The translations under genes and the position numbers were made by a program. Shown one piece after another: positions 31,020 through 64,000 of a stretch of DNA of 64,000 nt. The DNA lies in NCBI RefSeq assembly GCF_009914755.1, contig NC_060929.1. One strand, written 5' to 3'. How positions within the stretch are numbered: the stretch's first letter is position 1; every line of letters begins with the position of its first letter. Origin of the DNA: the human T2T-CHM13v2.0 reference genome, Homo sapiens. The notes under the pieces are model-generated. The model made no database searches. It was not told the origin of the DNA and was given only the letters and a program-made list of their open reading frames with translations.

Positions 31020-31600
31020 TTTTTGGCCATATTTCAAGATGGCAATTTGGAGGGGCTGCACACTACAGGTAATTGCTCTGAAAAACTGTCATTTTATGGG
31101 GGAGATTTGCTTCTGTAGAGGAAATCTATATTAGTGAAGTAAACCCCAGATGCAAACAGGCTCTCTCTGAGGCCCCTCCTTATCTGCCTTATCCAGATCT
31201 AGGAAAGATTACCTCACAGGAAAAGGAGACTAAAAATCTGACACTTTTAAAGGTCTGACAAAAATGTTACCATGGGCTACCCTCTATTCTTTCTGAGGGC
31301 TGCTACCCTTGAGACTTCATCTACATACAAGATGTAGCCTTTGCTCCCCATGCTTTTCCTTTCCTCTCCCTCCCATAACCTGTCTTGCCACATTCTAAGC
31401 CTCTATTCTTTTATACTATATAAACTTCATCTGGCCCCCCTCCTCTGAGCCTCATATTTTGTATAGCTCCCATGTTTATGCACATTAATACATTTTTATG
31501 CCTTTTTTCCCTGTTAATCTGTCTATAGTCAGTTTATTTTATAGGGAAATTATAGAACTTTCAGAAGGATGGAGGGAAGAAAATTCCCTTTACCCCACAG
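31020..31600 (+). mobile_element. ERV1 LTR fragment (MER34-like)
   Basis: Recognised by resemblance; TATA- and ATTAATA-like elements, ends ...CCCCACA. Confidence 0.45.
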
Positions 31601-31843
31601 CAGTAGACTGCTTAGGTTATTTTTGAATGACCTTTTCATTTATTCCCCGTTAGCTGAGTGACCTTTAGCATCGGTTTTCTCGTTTGTAAATTGAAAATAT
31701 ATTACCATCTTGTTGTGAGGACTGAACAAGAATATAGTAAAGCTCTTAGTTCAGTGCTTATCATATAATGCTCAATTTAAAAACTGGAAATATACTTTCC
31801 CTTGGTAATACTCCCTTTCCTTCCCACTAATCCTCTCCAGTGA

Positions 31844-32273
<430 letters not shown>

Positions 32274-33054
32274 TGACACTTGACTTTTCTTACCACTGTA
32301 TGTTAAGATCGAGGGCACCCGCCTCCTTTTCCTAGTGACTGTAGCACCTGGCCTGGTCTTCTCCATCCTTTTCCTGCATCCACACTGATGAACAAATATG
32401 CTGTTCATCCTGTCCCTACTTTAAATTCTCCCCACATCCATTTTGCTATCCATCAGCAGGGAAACCCTTTAGGTTTATTTATTATTGAAACAATTACATC
32501 TCAAGATTTTAAATTCTGAAATTCTCTCCTCTAACTGGCCTCCCTACCATTGACTTATTCATAATGAATTTGGGATTAGATTCTGACGTCTCCATTTTCC
32601 TGGTCCATGGCCTCTGATCTGGCCCCATTTGCCTCTAAATAAGCGATTTCAGTCACCCATTTCAATGACACAATCTATTTCATTCTAAGATCCCATAGTC
32701 ACTTCAATGCAAAAAACTCCAGAAACCAAAAAATCCTATCCACTGTCAACTTTATCAGCTTATCCGAAGCCAGTAAGCATTGCTGGGGAAAACCAAAAAG
32801 CCTTTCCAAGTTGATTCCTATGTTATTCTGTTTTAGTTCTTTGTTGAGCCCTCTCTGATGTTAATATTATCCTCACTTTATGCTGGTTATTTCTATTTTT
32901 GCCTGCAAATCAGTGAGGGTCTTCAACCTTTTGTGAATATATTCATATTCAACCTATTATGCATTCTGTTCCTTTATAACATCCATAAAGAATATTCTAT
33001 TTGCTGCCCCACCTTTTCATTTTTATTCACTCCCTAAAATTATGACTTGTACTC

Positions 33055-33490
33055 ATGCAGAAAAGAGTTAACATAGCAAGCCAGAGGTCTTTAGAAGAGA
33101 CTGCTTGTAGGGCTGGCCCTTGGCTGGAGCCTGGGAACTTGACTTGTGAAAAGTCCTCTGCTTTTTGTTAACACTGTTTTGCCTGCTAGAACACTTAAAT
33201 GCCTGCTTTCCTTCTGGGAGCCTGGAATTTTGTTATGCCTGGTCTTTGTGCTTGTATGACCTGCCCCTAATAAAAGTCCTTGCACTCTGATTCTGTAGTA
33301 GGTTTCTCTGGGCAGAAACTGCATAGCACATAGGAAGCCTGTGTATAGATTTCTCCAGACTCCATGTGATGTGTCTTTTCCCCTTGCTGATTCCATTGTA
33401 TATCCTTTCTCTACAAAATCAACTGTAGCCTCTGAGTCTTGCAAGTCCTTCTGGTGTATCATTGAATGTGCATGTAGTTGTGGGACTTCT
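33055..33490. mobile_element. LTR, MER21-like
   Basis: Starts GAAAAGAGTTAACATAGCAAGCC...GGCCCTTGGCTGG...GGGAACTTG. Confidence 0.55.
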
Positions 33491-35543
33491 GAGAGTCCTT
33501 CCTTCCCACCCTCCATTCAAACTGATCTCAAAAGGTTGATGTATTCATTAAACCTTAGTAATCTTTCCCTGCTCTGTAACATCTGTTGACAATACTTTTG
33601 CTTTCAAAAATCTTCTTCCTTGGCATTAAGATAGCCCTACTCTGGTTCTCCTTATCCTTCACTCATTCAGCATTTATTGAATGCCTATATATGCAAGGCA
33701 TTGTGTTAGGTATGTATCAGCGAGTGAAACAGTCCTGGTGCAGCATATGTTCTAGTGAGAAGAAGATGAAAAGCAAATGGTACAAGCTGAGAAAAGTACC
33801 GTGTTATGAGTAAAAGGGGATATGCACTTCAGTAGGGTGGCCTGTGCGGAGGGCTTTAGACCAGGAAAGTCTGCTTGGCAAAGAACCGGAAGCAATGTAT
33901 TATGGCAGAGAACGCCATGTGTAAATGCTCAGAAAAACCGCTTGACATCTTCTAGCAACTGAAAAGGAGCCTAGTGTGGCTGGAGCACCATGAGACAAAA
34001 GAGTGGAGATGAGACTGGAGGATAGCAAGGTCCAGATCAGTTAGAGAGCTTTGGAGGTCATGTTTAGAACTTTAAATTTTAAGAGCAATGGGAAGCCAAG
34101 TGACACAGATACCCTTTAAAAATATCATTCTTTTTCGGATTAGAGGTATAAAAAGGAGGAGAAAGCCTAGTTCAGAGATTACTGCAGTGGTGTAAGTGAA
34201 AGATAATGGTGACCTGGGTCTGAGTGACGGCTGAGAAGATGAAAGACGAAAGGGACTTTGATCTTCTTACCCCTTTGCTGATTACCTCAACTCCCACATC
34301 TTTAATTATCATCTCTGTGTATAAGACTCTAACCCTATGACCTTACCTGATGTGAGTCACTGTTTCACATTTCAAAGGAATAATGATTACATTTCAGAAA
34401 TCTAAATAGTACTGGAGCCATAATGCTTCTGTTACTTACTATCAGTGTGATCTCGGACATGCTATTTCACTTCTCTGTGCCTCAGTTTCCTCATTTGTAA
34501 AATACAAATAGTAGGTTAATATAGTACCTACCTCGTAGGTTGTCTGTAAATGAGTTAACAGACAAAACAATTTGGAGTGAGTACTAGCCTCCATGTGTCC
34601 CAAGAGGAACTGCCTTCAACACCCAATCTAGCTCTTTCTCCTGACATACCCATTTTTATTAATGGCACTAGAGATTTCAAACCATGGTCACATTTGACTC
34701 CTTGCTCTCAATTCCCTTGCCACACTGCAAGTAGAAACCTAAAATTAGAGATTGCTACTAAGTATTGTTTTTACTTCCATTTGCATATAAGGTAAAAGTT
34801 ACGGTTTAATTTGTTCATCAAAAAATATTAAAATTATATACCTGTTATGAGAGCCAAGCAGTTATACTAGGTTCCTATTAAATTCTAATCTTTTGATCTT
34901 CAGATGCAATTTCTGCCTTTTGATCTAAAAGGGACTATATTTGAAGTTTATCAAAAATCTATTGATTAAGAAATGAGAAATCCCTCTAAGTAATAAAAAT
35001 GGAATTTCAAAAGATTGTTAGTAACCAAAACAAATAGGACCAATGAAAAATACCTACGCATACTTTACTATCTCAAAGTTACTGACCTTACCAGTTCAAT
35101 CGCGTATATAAAAAGGGTTCAGGGGCAGGGATATCACAGCGGTAGCCTGAGGAAAACAGTGCAAACTATCCATCCCAAGGCTGACAGGAGTATTTATTAG
35201 TCAATCTTGCCTGTCTTCCAGAACCACATGTTTATGCTTTTTGAATGTTACTGAAATAGGTGGCATCTATTAATAGTGCATTTATTTAGGTTCTGAAATT
35301 GACTATCAAATACTAAATAACTGACTTCTGAAGTTGTTCCTTTTCATGGAAATTTAATTATAATTGGTTTTGGAGATTATTTTCCCTTCTGGGTCTATAG
35401 GGTTTAAATTCTGCAGACATCAAGGACTGATAGGGGATGAGGCAGCTACACAGGGAATCACAACATTAAGCTACAGATACCACAGACATAGGCCTTGCCC
35501 TTATTAACACAACGATGAGCAAAACATGCATAATACCAAAGAA

Positions 35544-35549
35544 TTTATT
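35544..35549 (-). terminator. DHX29: DHX29 polyadenylation signal AATAAA (further copies at 35281-35286 and 35193-35198)
   Basis: TTTATT on + strand about 220 nt beyond the stop. Confidence 0.75.
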
Positions 35550-35769
35550 GTAAATGTAGTGGCAAATACATTCAGAATAATCATCATTAAAAAGGAACTA
35601 GAAAATTATACATGTTTAAAGTATGTGCTTTTTTCCCACCACCTTTAAGTTAATGGCTAGTACCAACATTTTAAGTAATGAAATACTTAATGTGATGACC
35701 CATTTTCAGATAATTTCATGACTGTATCTTCATCTTAATTTTTAAAGCAGTTGACCATGAATTTCAGTT

Positions 35770-63118
<27,349 letters not shown>

Positions 63119-63166
63119 CTAAAGGAAAAACAGAGGTATGTTATTTTCACTAACTATTCAATATGG

Positions 63167-63367
63167 AAATTCAATAGATTAGCACTTAAAAGGATAGCTA
63201 TATTCATCTTAAAATATAATTTGACTCAAATTATTATTACTTTAATATATGTATGTGTATGATGCAAATTCAATTGATTAGCACTTGATAGCTATATTCA
63301 TCTTAAAATATAATTTGACTCAAATTATTATTACTTTAATATATGTATGTGTATGATGCAAATTCAA
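63167..63367. repeat. Tandem duplication, 94-99-bp unit x2
   Basis: GATAGCTATATTCATCTTAAAATATAATTTGACTC...GATGCAAATTCAA repeated; 5-nt indel between copies. Confidence 0.92.
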
Positions 63368-64000
63368 AAACAGCACATCATATTCAGGCTTCTTGACTGA
63401 CTAGCTGTGTAACCTTGGGCAATTCACTTAATCTCTATGTGTCTCAGCTTCTGCATTTTTAAAATGGAGCTAGTAATTGTACCTCCCTTATAGGCATATT
63501 CTGAGGTTAAGATATGTGAGGTGCTTATTCTCGGAATATGTTGAACTACTGAACAAATGTCTATTACTTATTCCTGCAGTGGCACTATATAAAATGTTAA
63601 TGAACCACAAAGCAGTTCTTTTGAGATTCTGGCAGTTGTATAATGTTACAGGTTAAAGTATTTTAAATTAACTATACTGGATAGAATCTAAGTTATCTCA
63701 ATTCTGTGCTATAAAGAATCCACAATTCTCTCTCTGACATTGATAGCCATTTTTATCAAGCAAATAGTTCATAGTGCCTTATTTTGCAAAATAAGGGAAA
63801 TAAAGACATTAAGAACTTTTACTGGCAGAAATAGGAAAAGAACTACTGTCCAGAGTTCCACTTAATCAGTGTCTAAAATTTTCAATGGTTCTAATTTCCT
63901 ACGAAGAAAGAAACACATTTACTGTAAAAAGGAAACACTGACAATCCAAAATTTTAAAAAAGAGCATTATGTTCTCTTAAAGAGCTTCCTTCAGTAGCAC

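Overview
Primate (human-like) genomic DNA that I recognise from the translated exons as the chr5q11.2 multiciliogenesis locus. It carries three minus-strand, intron-containing protein genes. MCIDAS (multicilin) has coding exons 1-6 plus the start of exon 7, with the 3' end running off the left edge, and its intron 4 has a GC donor. CCNO (cyclin O) is complete at 3 exons and 350 aa. DHX29 contributes its last 17 coding exons (917 codons of the DExH helicase) and its 5' part runs off the right edge. All exon phases join consistently. The rest is CpG islands, about 35 Alus, L1/L2/MIR relics, LTRs and DNA transposons; most ORFs in the supplied track are Alu-derived or GC-island artefacts. I see no prokaryote-style novel system. 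The best leads are: (1) an intronic MCIDAS CpG island with E2F/MYB motifs whose 233-codon ATG ORF ends in frame at a strong GTAAGT donor just before exon 4; (2) a duplicated 5' splice site in CCNO intron 2; (3) a 45-bp-arm near-perfect hairpin in a DHX29 intron; (4) a TSD-flanked, tailless U2 retrocopy; (5) several templated-insertion scars; (6) an L1>Alu>MER41A nest carrying an RFX-like X-box. Gene and repeat-family names come from my own recognition, not from a database search.
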